From Takakia lepidozioides (taxonomy: Eukaryota; Plantae; Bryophyta): a stretch of 64,000 bases of DNA. The notes under the pieces were generated by a model that was given only the letters and a program-made list of their open reading frames with translations, had not been told where the DNA came from and did no database searches. The stretch spans positions 23,312,001 through 23,376,000 of the forward strand of contig CM060733.1 of NCBI GenBank assembly GCA_030704615.1, in the 5' to 3' direction. Shown here in pieces: positions 50,202-64,000 of the stretch. The position numbers were made by a program, and so were the translations under genes. Within the stretch, counting starts at the first letter, position 1; every line of letters begins with the position of its first letter.

Positions 50202-50803
50202 AAGTGTTTTCTTTTCTAGCGAAAAATCGCCAGATTTCGACCTGGAAAATGGGTAGGTACTTGTACAGAGGAATTATGGTGGGGTAAAACTCGAAAAATT
50301 CGCAAGAAAGCGCGCCAGTATTCAACTTGAGTATCAGAAATCCGACTTTGCCTACGTGGACCTGTTATAACATGCCACCTTTTATTTTTCTACTTTTCGA
50401 ACCTTTGCCACCTCGCTTTGTCGCCACATAGCGATTTTGGAAAAATAAAAAATAAAAAATAAAAAATAAAAAATAAAACACTGCAAGTCTGTCACAGCTA
50501 TATTAATTAATATTCATTTTTATTTAATCACATCACTAAGTGATTTTGTTTTCAGATTGGAAAATAACAGGAGTGGCTACTGAGTTTTGCAGGAAATAGC
50601 TATTTTCAATCCACTGAAATTTGGACAGAATCATCCTACTCTGTACTTTCATCCATGTATATCATCCATATTAGGCGAATTCATCCTCAGTTGAGAATTT
50701 TGGCGATTTCATCCATGAGAAAATAGGGAATTTACTACAGAATATTCGTTTTGTTTTATTGAGGTCGAAAAAGTGCGAAATTTCGCCAGAAATAAAAACA
50801 CTA
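50202..50803. mobile_element. Degenerate hAT-like MITE upstream of the nucleotidase gene
   Basis: About 41-bp imperfect TIR: left agtgttttcttttctagcgaaaaatcgccagatttcgacct versus right reverse complement agtgtttttatttctggcgaaatttcgcactttttcgacct. May be two joined elements. Confidence 0.6.
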
Positions 50804-51601
50804 AGATGATGATGGTCACTTACAGCTAATACAATCCCCCTGTTAAAAACAAAAAAACAAGAAAAAACAAATTAATATCATTATATACAGCTGGTAGCTG
50901 ATCTGTCTTTGCGTCAAACCCGGTAGATCGGGGATCAAATCCGGCTACCTGTGGCTTGGGATGGTCCTTGTATGCTTCAAGGGCTATTAAAGGGGGTTAG
51001 TTTTTCCCCCTCCTCTGTAAGGAGGGCCGGAGTTGTCGCTCGTTTTGAGAAAATAGAGAAAAGGGGAAAAAAAACCAAATACAGGTATCTAATGATGCAC
51101 TAAGTTAATTAACCATGGTTGGGGAGCAGGCCGGCCAAACGTCGGGTGGATTGCGGCGGCCCGGCCCGCTGCAACGGTCTCTTGCAAATGAAGCACGTTT
51201 TTCGTCCATGTCGGGAATCTGCGGTCGCATTTATCATCCACTCTATCCAAGATCTCTAGATACTGTTCGTTCATTTGGTAAGTAACCAATAATGAGAAGC
51301 CAGATGGCAGCTTTATTGGTTGCTTACAAATTCGGATTCGTTGCACCTGGACGTATGGTTAACTTATCGTGCTTGTCTCTCGCAGGGCCGCCATAGCATA
51401 CTTCCCGAGATTTGTGAGCTGTGAAGGTCTTTAGGGTCTGCAATCCTCACGAATGGAAGGACAGGGACGACCTAGATTAGAAAGCGTGGTGCTTTCTGAT
51501 GCAGTGATGCATCCATTGACATACTAAACCCACTGTGCTCAGGAATCTCCTGTAAGGTGGATCATGCAGAAGCGCAGTGGGTTAGACGAGTTCAATCAGC
51601 G

Positions 51602-51899
51602 TTTGTGAACCTCCATTTCTGAAACTAACAAACTAGCAAAGACAAGTTCACAGTTGTTGGTTGAGAACATGCGGGAGCAGGAGAAGCAAACCAAAGAATG
51701 TATGTAATCTCAATTTACCAAAATCTCATAATAGATAATATATGTACATCTTTGTGAACCTCCATTTCTGAAACTAACAAACTAGCAAAGACAAGTTCAC
51801 AGTTGTTGGTTGAGAACATGCGGGAGCAGGAGAAGCAAACCAAAGAATGTATGTAATCTCAATTTACCAAAATCTCATAATAGATAATATATGTACATC
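51602..51899. repeat. Perfect 149-bp tandem duplication downstream of the LKR/SDH stop codon
   Basis: 51602-51750 is identical to 51751-51899. Confidence 0.95.
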
Positions 51900-52067
51900 A
51901 TCGGTCATGCGCACCAATTCAGCTTTCTCAACAATGTCTCATGGGTCTCTTCTTACTTTTCACACTAAACTCAGTACACTAAGTACACCTGTGATTACTG
52001 AGCTTTCCTACGTTGTGCAAATTTATACAAAGCAGAGTACATCAGTGTCCCAGGCAGCACAAGGCAG

Positions 52068-55000
52068 TTAGAAATTCTCCACATGCTCCTCAAGCTGCAC
52101 GCCTAGGGCTGCCATTATCTCCAATGCTGCAAACCACACATCATATGAGTGTTATGATGGACCACATCAGCAAGCATCATGCTATCTGATCTGAAGTCAA
52201 TGCTTTGCAAACAAATTCTCTCTATCTACAGAAAGTATGATCCCCGATGTCTTCCACGGGAGCACATGTGAAAGATGATTTCCAATGGAAAAGTGTGTCA
52301 ACTCCATAATAACACAGAGTTTTGTACCCTGGTGCACATGTGAAACATATGAACCACCCTTTGAGGGCTAGTACTTGGCACCTACACACTAGATGGATCA
52401 AAAAGCCCAAAGATTGTTTTGTAACATGTGAAGAGATGATCCCCAGTTTGGAATGGTTGGTATCCTGTGTGCACCGTGCCCTTGTAGAGAAGCACAGCAC
52501 AGGCAATGTTCACAGGGCGAGGCCAATTAGTACCTATCTCCAGAGTGAAGAATGTGGGATGGCTCTGCACCTCTGGTACCCACGACAAGCAGAAACAAAA
52601 ACAAAGGCTAACTTTGGAAGGAAAGTACCTGGGCCATAGACCTCAGCAGCCAACGGCCGTAGAACACCTCGGGATTTCACTTCACCAAACAGTAACAACT
52701 GTGATCACACCACAGAGCAATAATAACTGTATGTAAGACTTGCTTTGAAGGGGCGCATATATGTATGTGCTGGTCTACCACTTTCACCTGCCCAGTTCAT
52801 TTCAGGGTAAAGATATGAATGTGTTAATTGATCCCTACTCTGCATGCAGCCTCAGCAGAGGGTCACAACATTATTATGACGCTCTGTCAGTGGAAGGAAA
52901 AGAACCTTGCAAGGTATCGGCACAAAAGGGATGAGAGAGAGGTAAAAACAAAGAATTTACTGTCTGTGGGAGGACCAAGGATGTCAGGCAGAGAGAGAGC
53001 TTACCTGAGCTGCAATGGCTGCTGGCAGGCCCACTGTTCGGGCCATTGCACTCTGTGGTCTTACTGGTGATGTCATTCCACACTCACAAGTTTCTCCAAG
53101 AGCAAGCAAAGTGGCAGTATGACGCTCACTGAGGCGACCATCATCATACACTACCTTCAGCTCATGGTGAAGCACCACCATATCCTGCTTGGCCAGTCCC
53201 CCTTCCCTCATTTAACTTCTCTCTCTGGACGTTATAAAGTTCCTTCTTCCTAGTGGTGCTTTGTTTGTTGTGTCCTTGTTCCAGAAGCTCTTTGAGCTTC
53301 CCAGGGATGTTATAAAGTATCATTTCTTTTCATTTCTTTTTCCTCTCTGGGTGAAGATTTCTGGTTTTATTTTGTTCCATGGGCCCTTGGGACTCCTGTG
53401 GATCTTGTAAAATTGCTTTTTCTTCCTTTCTCTGAGCTTTCTGCGGACGTTATAAAGCACCGTTTCATTTCATTCTCACACACAAAGGTGAGTCACACTA
53501 CTGAAAACTCTCCTCATGATAGTGCTCCACGCCCAAACTAAGGTTGCTACCAAATGGAGAGCCTTGTAGCTGGTAAGGGCCACAAAGCAACCGCATCTGT
53601 TCTGGAAGCACTGTGATCTTGAGTTTCCAGTAAGGTTATATCTACCTACTGACTTTGAAACAGACCATCTATACAATTTGATAACCTGTCCCAAAACAGA
53701 CGACATCAAAGAAACCATGTTGGGTACTGCTCTTGGCAACTTCTAGACCAGATTTTCACCGTAGAGTGGCATGTAAAACTCAAGTGCTACCTGCTCATTG
53801 GCAGCATATGTGAGTCTCTCTTCCATGCGATGACACAAAATGTCGAAAGGACTCTTGCAAGCTTCAGGAACATCCTCCTTCACATCAAGCCCCAGCCACC
53901 TACAGAAACCATGCATGCACTCCACTGATTTGGCTTGAATTGGTATAACATGCTTTGGACCCTTAGCTTACAACAGATAGCACACATTGGTTAGGGCACC
54001 CTTGCCACATAGTACATGGTCCTGCATTCAAGCTCAATTGTGGCCTACAACATAGGCCACTGACTGTATGTGGTCCACCCAGCTGCAAGTGGGCCACTTT
54101 CTCCAATGGGTCACCTCCAAGCTTTAAAGGCACGGAGATAAGGATCTAGCAAATCTATCCTGCTCACAAAGGCAAACAGACAAACAACAGACAGACTGTT
54201 GTTCACTATGGCTAGGATCAATTTTTCCTTTCTCATGCTGAAGGTCAACAACTCTGAACAGACCCAGAACTTGTAGCTATCAAAGTGACCATAATTGAAG
54301 ACAAGAGAACGACGGATGTTGTGCTTATCAGTTCATTTACCTGATGCAATTTGCAGCTCTCAAAGCAACACTGGGGTCCTTGCAACAGCCGAGGCTCGCC
54401 AGTTTCTCGGTAATGGCACATCTCAATGAGGTGTCATTTCTCTGTGTTGGAGTCCCAGCAGCTGTTGACTGCATTTTTTGCTCAGAAAGCTGACAAAGAA
54501 GGGCTTCTAGAACTGCTTTGTAAGTCGGCTGTCCTGAGCCTGAAGCATCCTTGGGCCAGTCAAGCATGGGGTGTGGTTCTGTGTTGAAAAATCCGAGCTC
54601 ACCCAAAGCTGCCATGACTTCACTAAAGCCTGCAAGGAACCAGTACTCCACAATATGACTATGATTGACCATTTCACTCTGTCACCCATGGTATTTGCCA
54701 TGGTATTGTTTGAATGACCCAGGGTGAGAAAGGGATGGAAGAAAGTGGAAACGACTTAATTTCCCAGACAGATGGAGATAATATGAAGGTAGAGCTCTGC
54801 AAAAGAGATCAGCTCAACTTCAAACGAAGCAGATAGAAAGAGAAAAGAAGAAGCAAATTTCCTATATCTACTGGCAGTTGATGAGCTGCCTGTGCAGATA
54901 AGCAAGAAACTTTATAATGTGCACCTGAAGCTCTGAGAGCTCATGGGATTAAAAGCCAGAACACCTTGAGTACTACCATTACTGGTCAGACAAACTGAGA

Positions 55001-58000
55001 ACAGCCTGACAGGTACTAGTCACTACCACCAATGTTCTGTGATTCCCAAAGCAGGAAGGCCCCACAAAAGAAAAAAAATCTTTGGCAGACCAAATAGGGC
55101 CCAACGAAAGGAGAAATCAAAACCCAAGTTGCAAGAAATCAGAGTGCCTCCTGCATGTAAGCACTTAGACGGTCTGACAGACTAACTGCTGTAAATTACC
55201 GGTTCACAGAGCATGCACCTTCATAACGGAGGGTAGCTCGGAAGATGGTGGATGCTTCATTGGCAATGCCATAGAGGTCACCATACTTCAAAGAATCTCG
55301 GTTGGGCAGCCTTTCCAGTGCGAATGCTGGCAAGTTTCGAAGCCGCACTGGCACTGCTGATGAGAAGAGATCTTCACCTGCATCCAGTCCTCTTCTTACT
55401 CAGTATTGGAAGGGATACAACAGACCCGAATCTACCAACATCAATATCTCAACCCCACATGTAGGAGCAAGAAAGGCACTAGGTCAGCCAACAGCATAAC
55501 TGCATCCTGCAGGACTTACTAGTAAATGATATTTGTCCTTCATGTGGACTTCTGCCTGTAGTATAAACTGTAAACCTGCATAGAATTGCTTGATTCTATG
55601 GTGTAAAGAGAATAAAATTGTGTGCCCATCTTGCAGCCACTCCAACAAAATTGGACTCTAACATGTCCCTGAGGATTGGTGTTGCTCTTATGATCCTGCC
55701 TGGGAATCAAACTATACATCTTAAATATACATACATTTGGGTTGGGCTCACCTGCAACTTCAATTTTGTCACCTCCATACAAGTAGACAGCCGGATTACG
55801 TCCAGCTTTGATTGCGCCTGAAGGATTCCAGCTGTGCCAGAGATGCCAGAGAAGAAATATCCACAGAGATCCCAGCGTCAAACAGTAGCTATATTATGTG
55901 AAGTAGTCAGCATTGACAGACAGCCTCTGGTTCAAGTAAACTTCTGGCACATGTTGGAAGCTCCACTATGCCTGGAGCAGTCATGCCATGCCCCACAAAT
56001 GTGGGCTGATTACTAGTAATGCAGGTGTCAAGTACATGTAATGCAATGAATGTCATGTACTCTGGTGACCCAGGCATGTTTATGAGGTAAGATTCCGCCG
56101 CTGACAAAATATGTTAGGTGATATAGAAAGCCATGCAGACCTGAACTTGTAGCCAAGAGGGTTGTTGGCTGCTGTAGGGGCAGGAAGCCCCCCACAAAAT
56201 GACACAAAAGACTGCACTCGCCCTCCTCTCAAATGTGCCAAGTCTATCATCTTCATTGCCATCATATGATCTGCACAAAGTAAAACGTAAATCCTCTAGG
56301 CCTTCATTGCCAATGTCACAGACATCTCAATTAAACTAGAAGCGAGAATGTATCATCTTCGGGAGATTTAGAGTTTGTCAATGTCCATTCTATGCTAAGA
56401 AAGCACAAGGAGTTTCACTAACATCACGATGAAAACACAGGGGCCAACCAACCTATGCCAGGATCCAGTCCCATTTCGCAAAGTAGTGATACACCAGCAT
56501 CTTTGGCCCTCTTATGTAACGCAGCCATCTCTGGGCTCACATAGCTTGCTGTCACCAAATGCTTCTTCAGCTGTCATGGACGCAACAATTGGAGTGAGAA
56601 AATCACTCTAACATGTCTCAAGAATCCAAAACACACCCAATGGCAATGTCCCCTCCCCAAAGCTAGGCTTCCTGGAGACAAATGACTCTATTTGTGCTGA
56701 TAGACTTAAAAGGAGGATTCATGGTCCAATTGATTTTTACCCATCCAACATATATTCAATTTCAAAGTTCCTGAAGCCCGCATGTGGAGATAGGCTTGCT
56801 ACAGGACATGATTTAGTGATCTGTATCTTCTGGCACTTGGGATGATGCTGATCACAGGTCCACAATACTTTCTTCTCACTCTTGGAAACCATAGCAGGGG
56901 CACAATGATAGAGTTGGTGAGGCCGGCACCTCGATGCACGCCACGGCCACAGGCACATGGCAGTCAGCAGGAAGCAAGCTTATCACCACCATTGCCTGCT
57001 TGCACACACCCATCAATTCGAAGGATAAATGAGAGAAATGAAATGAAATGAAATGGTGCTTTATGACGTCCGCGGAAAGCTCATAGAGCTTATGGGACAA
57101 AATGGAAAGAAAAACTTGAGAGAAAACAGGAAAACCAGAGAGATAAGAACTATTGTTCTAGTGATTGTCTAAGGGTGAATGCCTCGTGCAGGTAGGCTGC
57201 CAAGCATTTCTGATCTTCATAGTGATAGACCTCAGTGAGAGATTGGGTTCCACGGAATAGACAATAGAGAGAAAGAAGAACGAGAAAAGAGTCCTATAAC
57301 ATCTGCAGGGGCCCCAAAATCCCATGGGACCAGAAATGAAATAAGATCCAAACTTTATAATATCCATGGAGAGCCAGAAGGGCCTATGGGACAAGAAATG
57401 ACATGAAATGGTACTTTGTAATGTCTGCGGAAAGCTCAAAGAGCTTACGGGACAAAAGAAACAAGAAAGAGAGAGGGGCCCTCCATAAGCAGCCCAAAAG
57501 CAAGTATTGCTCAAGAAATGAAATGATACTTTATAAAGTCCACAGGGTCATGAGGAACAAACTAAGCACTACTTTAGAGTTCACTGAGTGTCTCCCAAAA
57601 ATGAAGTGCCTCAAAGTAGTTAGGCCATGAGGCACTTTGGATCTTTAAAGCTGAAGGCCTCAGCCAAAGATTGGGATGCTCTAAAGAGTGTACTCATAAG
57701 ACGTTGTTTGCCGTAGCCTTGTGGCCATTGACCCCGCGCCCAGTTTGAGCGGGAACAAAAGGAACATAACCTACCTCTGTCAGGGGCTGACGTTGGTAGT
57801 AAGACTTACCTTCATATAAAGAATTAATCCGGGTTTTCTAGATATCCTCTAGAAATCCCTTCACACAAGCATCAATCTGCTGTGTGTGATTTGCCCAAAA
57901 ACTAGGCCTTAGGAGGGCCTGGGCTTTTGGCTCAGCCTCGAGACTTTCAAAGTTGGTAAACAGGGGTACAGGCACAATTCCCTTGATAGAGTTGAAGAGA

Positions 58001-61000
58001 GCGTCTCTTTGGTGAGAGAACCCCGGACAGTGTATCAGAAAATGAATACTGTCTTCAGATTGCCCACACAACGGGCAATTGCACTCTCCCTTTCCTCTCT
58101 GCTTCTGTTTGCTGTTCAAAGGTAGGCTTCCTGCCCTGAGTTTAAATTTCAGTCTAGTGCCGAGAGTGGGTAGACCCTTGAGGTCATCCAAGATGTCCTC
58201 CCCCATGTCACTGACTGGAAACAAGTTAAGGGAAGTTTTCTGCCTAACTTCATTTTCATCAGACAATCTCATGGCAACAGACATGGCTTTGGACACTACA
58301 GCCTCTAAGTCAGATTTATCCAGCAGGGTCAAGACTTGCGGATCCAGGTCCAGGTCCTTGAGAATCTCTTCTACTCTCTTCTGCCAAAGATTGGGATGCT
58401 CTAAAGAATGTACTCATAAGACTTTGTTTGCCGCAGCCTTGCTGAGATGGAATGAAGTTCACCCTGGAAATGGCATTGCGCAATTCTGTGTTATTTGAAG
58501 AATCAAGCTGCATGGCCGTGGCATTGGGGATGCCTGCAATCGCCTGCATCCCATAAAGTGTTCAACATTTCAAAAAGCTGAGAAGAAAGAAGAAAAAGTA
58601 AATCATGGTGCCAGACCATTGCAATGACGATCACATGAATGAATGACCAAGCACCTTTCATCAAATTTGAAAGGTATCAAATTCAACAGAAAGAGCTTCA
58701 AAGTTTTGAGGGAGAAAACTGAAGAAAGAAGAACATCCACAGGAAGCACAGTGAGCTTATGGGACAAGAAACATAAAGATTTGAACCAGGCCTTAATTAT
58801 TTCAAGGAGTTGAAGTATCTCATGAAGTAAGCTACCAAGCATTTCTGGTTCTTAAGAATGTACTCAATTCTGGTCTTAAGAATGTACACATAAGACATTG
58901 TTCCCGTAGCCATTTCTGGTCTTACGAAACAGAGAGAGAGAGAGATGCACTTTTCAAGGTTTGATTGTTAGAACCTTGACTCCATTTACCCCACTGCTGT
59001 TTGAGGAGGAGTGGGACAGGAGGAGAGCAGAATAGAGCACGACTACTTGACTGGTTCAAATGAAACCGAAATTTATTTTTGACTTCCAGATTTTCTGAAG
59101 ACAGCCTTGCATAGAATTTGAAGCAAGCATTCCATGTAAGGCCCTCTCATGCAGACAAGTATCCACAATACATCAGAGAACGTCCAGTATGATTCCCACA
59201 ATCAGTCATGTGGTTCCTCTTCACCTCTTGGGTTGGGTTAGTACCTTCTGAGCATCTTCCAGGAACAAGGAAGCTACAACCACCCAAACACGTGCATCAC
59301 TTGGACCATTAACTGCAGGGCTTTTTCTCGCCACAAACTGACGACCATGCAAAGCCAGATATGTAATTGCAGGTTCGCACATTCGGCCAGCCCCCAGGAT
59401 GAGCACTTGGAGGCCTCCCTTGGGTTCGAGGTTCCCTCCACTTTGTGACGTAGTACAGGTCGTTTTTATCTCCAAAGCTTTATTTGGGCTGCTTTTTCCC
59501 ACACTATTGACTTGCCTGCTGGTACTGAGATCATCAGTATGAGTGGCAATGGCCGCCAATGCGTCAACAATGTTCGCAAGTTCTTCCTCACTGTCAGCTT
59601 CAACCTGTGGGCAGTATTTAGAACCATATGTCTGCTTAATATTTGGCCACAACAAGTGGAACAATGGAGGACTCTAAATATGCTGGAAATGCTGTATGAA
59701 AAGCTCTCAAAAATGCAGATGGACCATACCATTTGATGGAGGGCCTATGCGCAAAAGAAAGTTACAAATGAGATTGCCAACTCAGCCTTCACAGAGAGAA
59801 GAGAAGTGCAAAATGAAATGAAATGGATACTTTATAATGTCCGCAGGAAGCTCAAGAGCTTATGGGACAATGGAAAGCATGAAAGAAATGAAATGAAATA
59901 GTGCTTTATAACATCCGCGGAAAGCTCATAGAGCTTATGGGACAAAATGGAAGAAAACATGAGAGAGGAAACAAAACCGAGCCAAGAATTAAAACTATTG
60001 CTCGAGTGATTGTCTAAGGGTGAAGACCTCGTGCAGGTAAGCTGCCAAGCATTTCTGATCCTCATAGTGGAAGACTTCAGTGAGAGATTGGAATGAAATG
60101 AAATGAAATTATACTTTAGAACATTGTGGAAAGCTCAAAGAGCTTATGGGACGAGAGAAAGAAAAACTTTAAAACCTTTCTCAGACGAAAGCAGAATTTG
60201 CTTCAGGATGGAGGTGAAAGATGGAGATAAAGACATTTTATCATCCAGCGAATTTACAGAGCTTACTGCTCAACAGTGAAAGAAACGAAACGAAATGAAA
60301 TGAAATGACAAGAAAGAACAACGCTTACCAAAGCCATGGGGTAATATGGGTCTTGAGGGACAAGGTTGAGTTAGAAGGAAGTCTGACAAAGCAAAATACA
60401 CAGAACTGTTCAACAGTAGGTCTACCTCGAGGTCAGCATGGGAAATTTCCTCATCGGACTGCCCTAGCTTGCATGTGGCCAGATGAAACCGCCCACCAGC
60501 ATCACATATCACATCCAGGGCCTCGTTGATGAGGAATTGATCAAACAAATGACCATTGAGTGAAATCTGCCAACAACATCCCAAAGATAAGACCGTACTC
60601 CAGAGCCATAACCCACCCATGTGGATGATGACCTGCTGAACGACAAGGCACTGCTCACACAAATAGATATGCCCCTGGAGGGAAAACGTTTTGGGCCTTC
60701 CATGAATCGGGCACTATATGGAAGCTTCCAATCAAATTGCACAAATTTCATAAGAACTGGTTCCAGATCATGACATCATGTCAATTTCAAATGGAAGAAT
60801 AATAACATGGAGTGATTATGCATTGCCAAATCTGGCAGATCTTGTGTTTCTCAGTGTCGGTTCATGAAATTGCTTCTTAGGTTGCACCAGGGCCCAATGC
60901 TTGTTTCAAGAGACAGATTCCAGCAAAAAAGGTGATTCCATTGGTGGGTCTATGTCTGCCTACCAAATTAATATACAAGTATTGTACAGGTTGACCCATA

Positions 61001-64000
61001 CTAATTGTAAGGTGTAGGTTGCAAGGGCACTCTGTCTCTTTCCCTTCAAACAATGATCAACAGTAAAGGAATACAAATCTCCAATTTTAACACATTGTCC
61101 CTCAGATTTCAGAATTGGAGATAGCTCACAGAAAACCTACCAGTCTGGTAAACTGGCCACTCTTCTTGCCGTTTAGCTTTGCCGGTGACTGCATTTCCCT
61201 GCAAGGCAACCAAGAGTTCACCCTGAGGCTACATTCCTCTCCATCCTGTCACTGCATGTTTTCCTCTGCCCAAAGTGGCCCAGGTTTATGGTTACAAGGC
61301 TACGGCAAGCACAGAGAGAGTATATCTCTCTCTGCCTCCTGCGAACTTGATCAGAGAATCTTCTTATTTTTCTTCTGAATCACTAAGAAAAACAGATACC
61401 ATCACAAGATGTTGTAACAAAGTAACGCAGGTAGCAGGCCATCATTTTTGCTTACTTGACGTCAGATTGTCGCATACGCTGAATGTAGTCATAAAGTGGG
61501 GTGAGCTTTCCGTTGTGCGCAATGCACGCTTTTTTAACAGGGACTAGTGTATCCTCTGGAGTACTTGCATATGCCATACTGCTCAAAAACGGATATAATA
61601 CATCTCCAAAGTGCTTGGTTGACTGTGTTAACCCACAAATGCATGATAAAAATCAGAATAAGGTTAAGTGACATGTCCTTAAGAATGACAGTCGACATTC
61701 ATTTGAAGGTTTCTGTTCATAGGAGAGACCACAGCAGAGCTTCTCAATGTGCCTATTGACTGCAATACCATTTGTTTCTGTATCTTTCTAATTGCACTCA
61801 AGCTCCAACCATGTAAGCAGCTAGTAAAAAGTGCTGCAAATAACAAGAAAGATAAATTTCTTCTTTATGCTCGATACAGCAAGCCCAATGCAGCAACCTT
61901 TTGATTTGCAACATGAGATTGGTTTCTGCAGATGAAGGGCCCAACCTCCTTGGCAAGCTCTGCAGGCAAACAGTCAACTGCAAGAACTATGATGCCGTCT
62001 CCATCCATATCCTTATGATAGGTGCCTGATTCAGGATTATATCTGGCACAACAAACAACACTCAACAAACATCCAGAGCATACACACTTCTGCAGTATAC
62101 TGTATCATGAGAGGATGGAGATGGTCCCATCATACTTGGAGAATTTAGGTTCCTTAATCACAGGAGTCAGGAATAGCCGGGACCCCAAGGGCAGCAGCAT
62201 GATGGGAGCTGACTTACCAAATTTCTGTTGGTAAGTGTGCTGCATGCTATTCCACTGACTTGACAAAAGGGCCAAGATTAAGAATGTTTCAGAGCTCTAA
62301 CAAGATTGCCAATATAGGTTGAAGTCCCCTTTTCCAAGTAATGGCATAAACAGTTCAGATGACAGATGGAGAGAGGGACTGCTTGCTATGTTGGCTTGCA
62401 GCCACTGACCTCACTAAATTGTCAGATGGAGAGAAACGATGAAGGTAAGAAAGGAAAATGAAGAAAGACACTTCATAATGGCAATGGAGCTTATATAGGA
62501 CAAAGAACAGGAAGAAATTTGTTATATCCAACTGGAGTGGAAATGAGGAACAAGAACCTGAAGAAGGGACTCTCAATGGGGGTGATTTGATGGAGACACT
62601 CAATTGAACCCCGCACATCACAGGTAATGTCCGCCACCCCTAGCAGCCGAGGTTCAACCTTGCTGGTTAGCTCTTGCAACTGCATGTTGGTCAGAAGCCG
62701 CGGAAACCGTCTCTCCCAGTACATACAGTTCACTGCACAGACAGAATTAGACTAGTCAAATAGTGTGCTACTAAAATTCTTATCAGTTGCACCATACAGA
62801 GGGGACTGATTCACCAGCATTTTATCCGACTATGCTCACCTGACTAGCTTTGTGGTAAAGTGGATAACTGAGAGGCCCAGGAGAGTCTTGTTCAACAAAA
62901 ATCTCTTCTAAGTACTTTAATAGCAGAGAATATACACACTTACACAGTCTAACAATACTCTCAGAGATTTGAAAACGACTTACCAATTACAGAAGCATAG
63001 AGGGCGATAGTGTTATGGAACACAGAATGATATTGCTCAGGATGAGCATAGTAGTCAGCCTGCACACATTCAGCCAACATTGTGTTTGGGAAATCCTTGC
63101 CTCAACTGGATTGAAGCCTATATCCAACAGTGAGGCTTTCAGGCACCAACCTATACTTTAAGACATATCAAAGAGAAAACAAGGGAAAGAAAGAAACTAC
63201 CTGTCCACAGTGAGCCCCAGGGCCCGTGATAAAGTACAACAACACAAAACCACTTTTAAAGACACTGAACAAAAGAGACTGGCAAGAAGGAACACTGCAC
63301 AGGCTCTCCAGGAGGACTGGTATGCTGGAGGCTCCTGGCCAAGAAAGGAAGGCTAGGAGTCTTGTGTGGGAATTACTTTGCTATCTGTCTGGTTACATGT
63401 GCCTTTGGTGCTTATGGCCAGTGAGGCTTCACCATATGTCCTTTATGTCAAGAACTTATTTCTCATCATCATGTGATCCAAGCAGCTTCCTGTCACTTCC
63501 TCCTTAATGTTTCTTTTGCTGACATGTTTGGGCTTTTGGCTCTGGAGGTGGCTTGTCCTTCAAGAAAGAAGGACAAAACAGGCCAAGGCCCACAGGAGCA
63601 CTCAGAAAACAAGAAGCCTAAGCTTCTACAACAATCTTTTATGGCTTTTCTCGGCTTTGGTGAAGTTCAAGGCAGAGTTTTACTTCAGTGTGATCTGGGT
63701 TTTGCCCCTGTCCTCTTATGAAAAAGGGTGGGTGACACAGACCAACAACAACACTAGCAAGACTTGTTCATTACTCAAAGTGCAGCAGCAACAATTTGGC
63801 AATTTGGAAAGTAAGCTGGTAGAGGTGACTGGACCTTGTCAAAGGGCTTGGAGGGGTCATTGGGTGCCACCATGCTGTCTGCAGCGACCACGCAGCCATA
63901 AACTTTGAAATTAATATTTCCCACCCTTGCTCCTCTGCTAATGCTTGGCCTTGGTGTCTGCACATGTCCTCCCCTATTTTAAGGAATAAACAAAGAATCT
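52068..64000 (-). CDS. LKR/SDH: Bifunctional lysine-ketoglutarate reductase/saccharopine dehydrogenase (5' part outside the window)
   Basis: Exons encode [92 protein letters not shown]|[26 protein letters not shown]|SWNP, TLRYE|[30 protein letters not shown] and RGVLRP. Stop TAA at 52068-52070. Confidence 0.97.
53221..53476 (+). repeat. Stack of family A retroelement 3' ends in an LKR/SDH intron
   Basis: Three gga(c/t)gttataaag cores. Two are preceded by (aagctcttt)gagctt and followed by catttc tails. Confidence 0.75.
57035..57560 (-). repeat. Stack of family A retroelement 3' ends in an LKR/SDH intron
   Basis: Repeated (gaaat)n..ctttat(a/g)a..tcc..ggaaagctca.agagctta.gggacaa units. Confidence 0.8.
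57682..58386 (-). mobile_element. 5'-truncated LINE (family B) with intact 3' UTR and about 20-bp TSD in an LKR/SDH intron
   Basis: ORF2 end ([18 protein letters not shown]...KGFLEDI) and a 3' UTR ending ggctacggcaaacaacgtcttatgagtacactct. Flanked by ccaaagattgggatgctcta at about 57664 and 58384. Confidence 0.9.
59813..60160 (-). repeat. Three head-to-tail family A retroelement 3' ends
   Basis: Three units, each with a (gaaat)n tail and the aagctca(.)agagctt palindrome. Confidence 0.8.

Overview
Eukaryotic nuclear DNA from an intron-rich land plant. A CEP162-like ciliary gene and a moss-type PLS-DYW PPR gene suggest a lineage with flagellated sperm (bryophyte, lycophyte or fern; inference). 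Host genes: a CEP162-like coiled-coil gene (+, probably 5' partial), an intronless PLS-DYW RNA-editing PPR gene (+), an F-box/LRR gene (-), LSM8 (-), an intronless calponin-homology/transmembrane/LysM gene (-), a HAD 5'(3')-nucleotidase-like gene (-), and the 3' part of bifunctional LKR/SDH (-). A 9.4-kb PIF/Harbinger element (28889-38253; 17-bp TIRs, TAA TSD) has an intact Myb/SANT ORF and a disrupted transposase. It carries a mosaic of captured fragments: an intron-containing 3' piece of SAHH, two PPR pieces and three LINE pieces. Also present are a hAT MITE, other MITE-like elements, tRNA-derived SINE-like heads and two families of 5'-truncated LINE ends. The strongest candidates for an undescribed system are (1) the CH-TM-LysM protein, a possible membrane-spanning link between the cytoskeleton and peptidoglycan or chitin, and (2) the Pack-Harbinger carrying a fragment of the methylation-cycle gene SAHH. 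All family assignments come from motif recognition; no searches were run.
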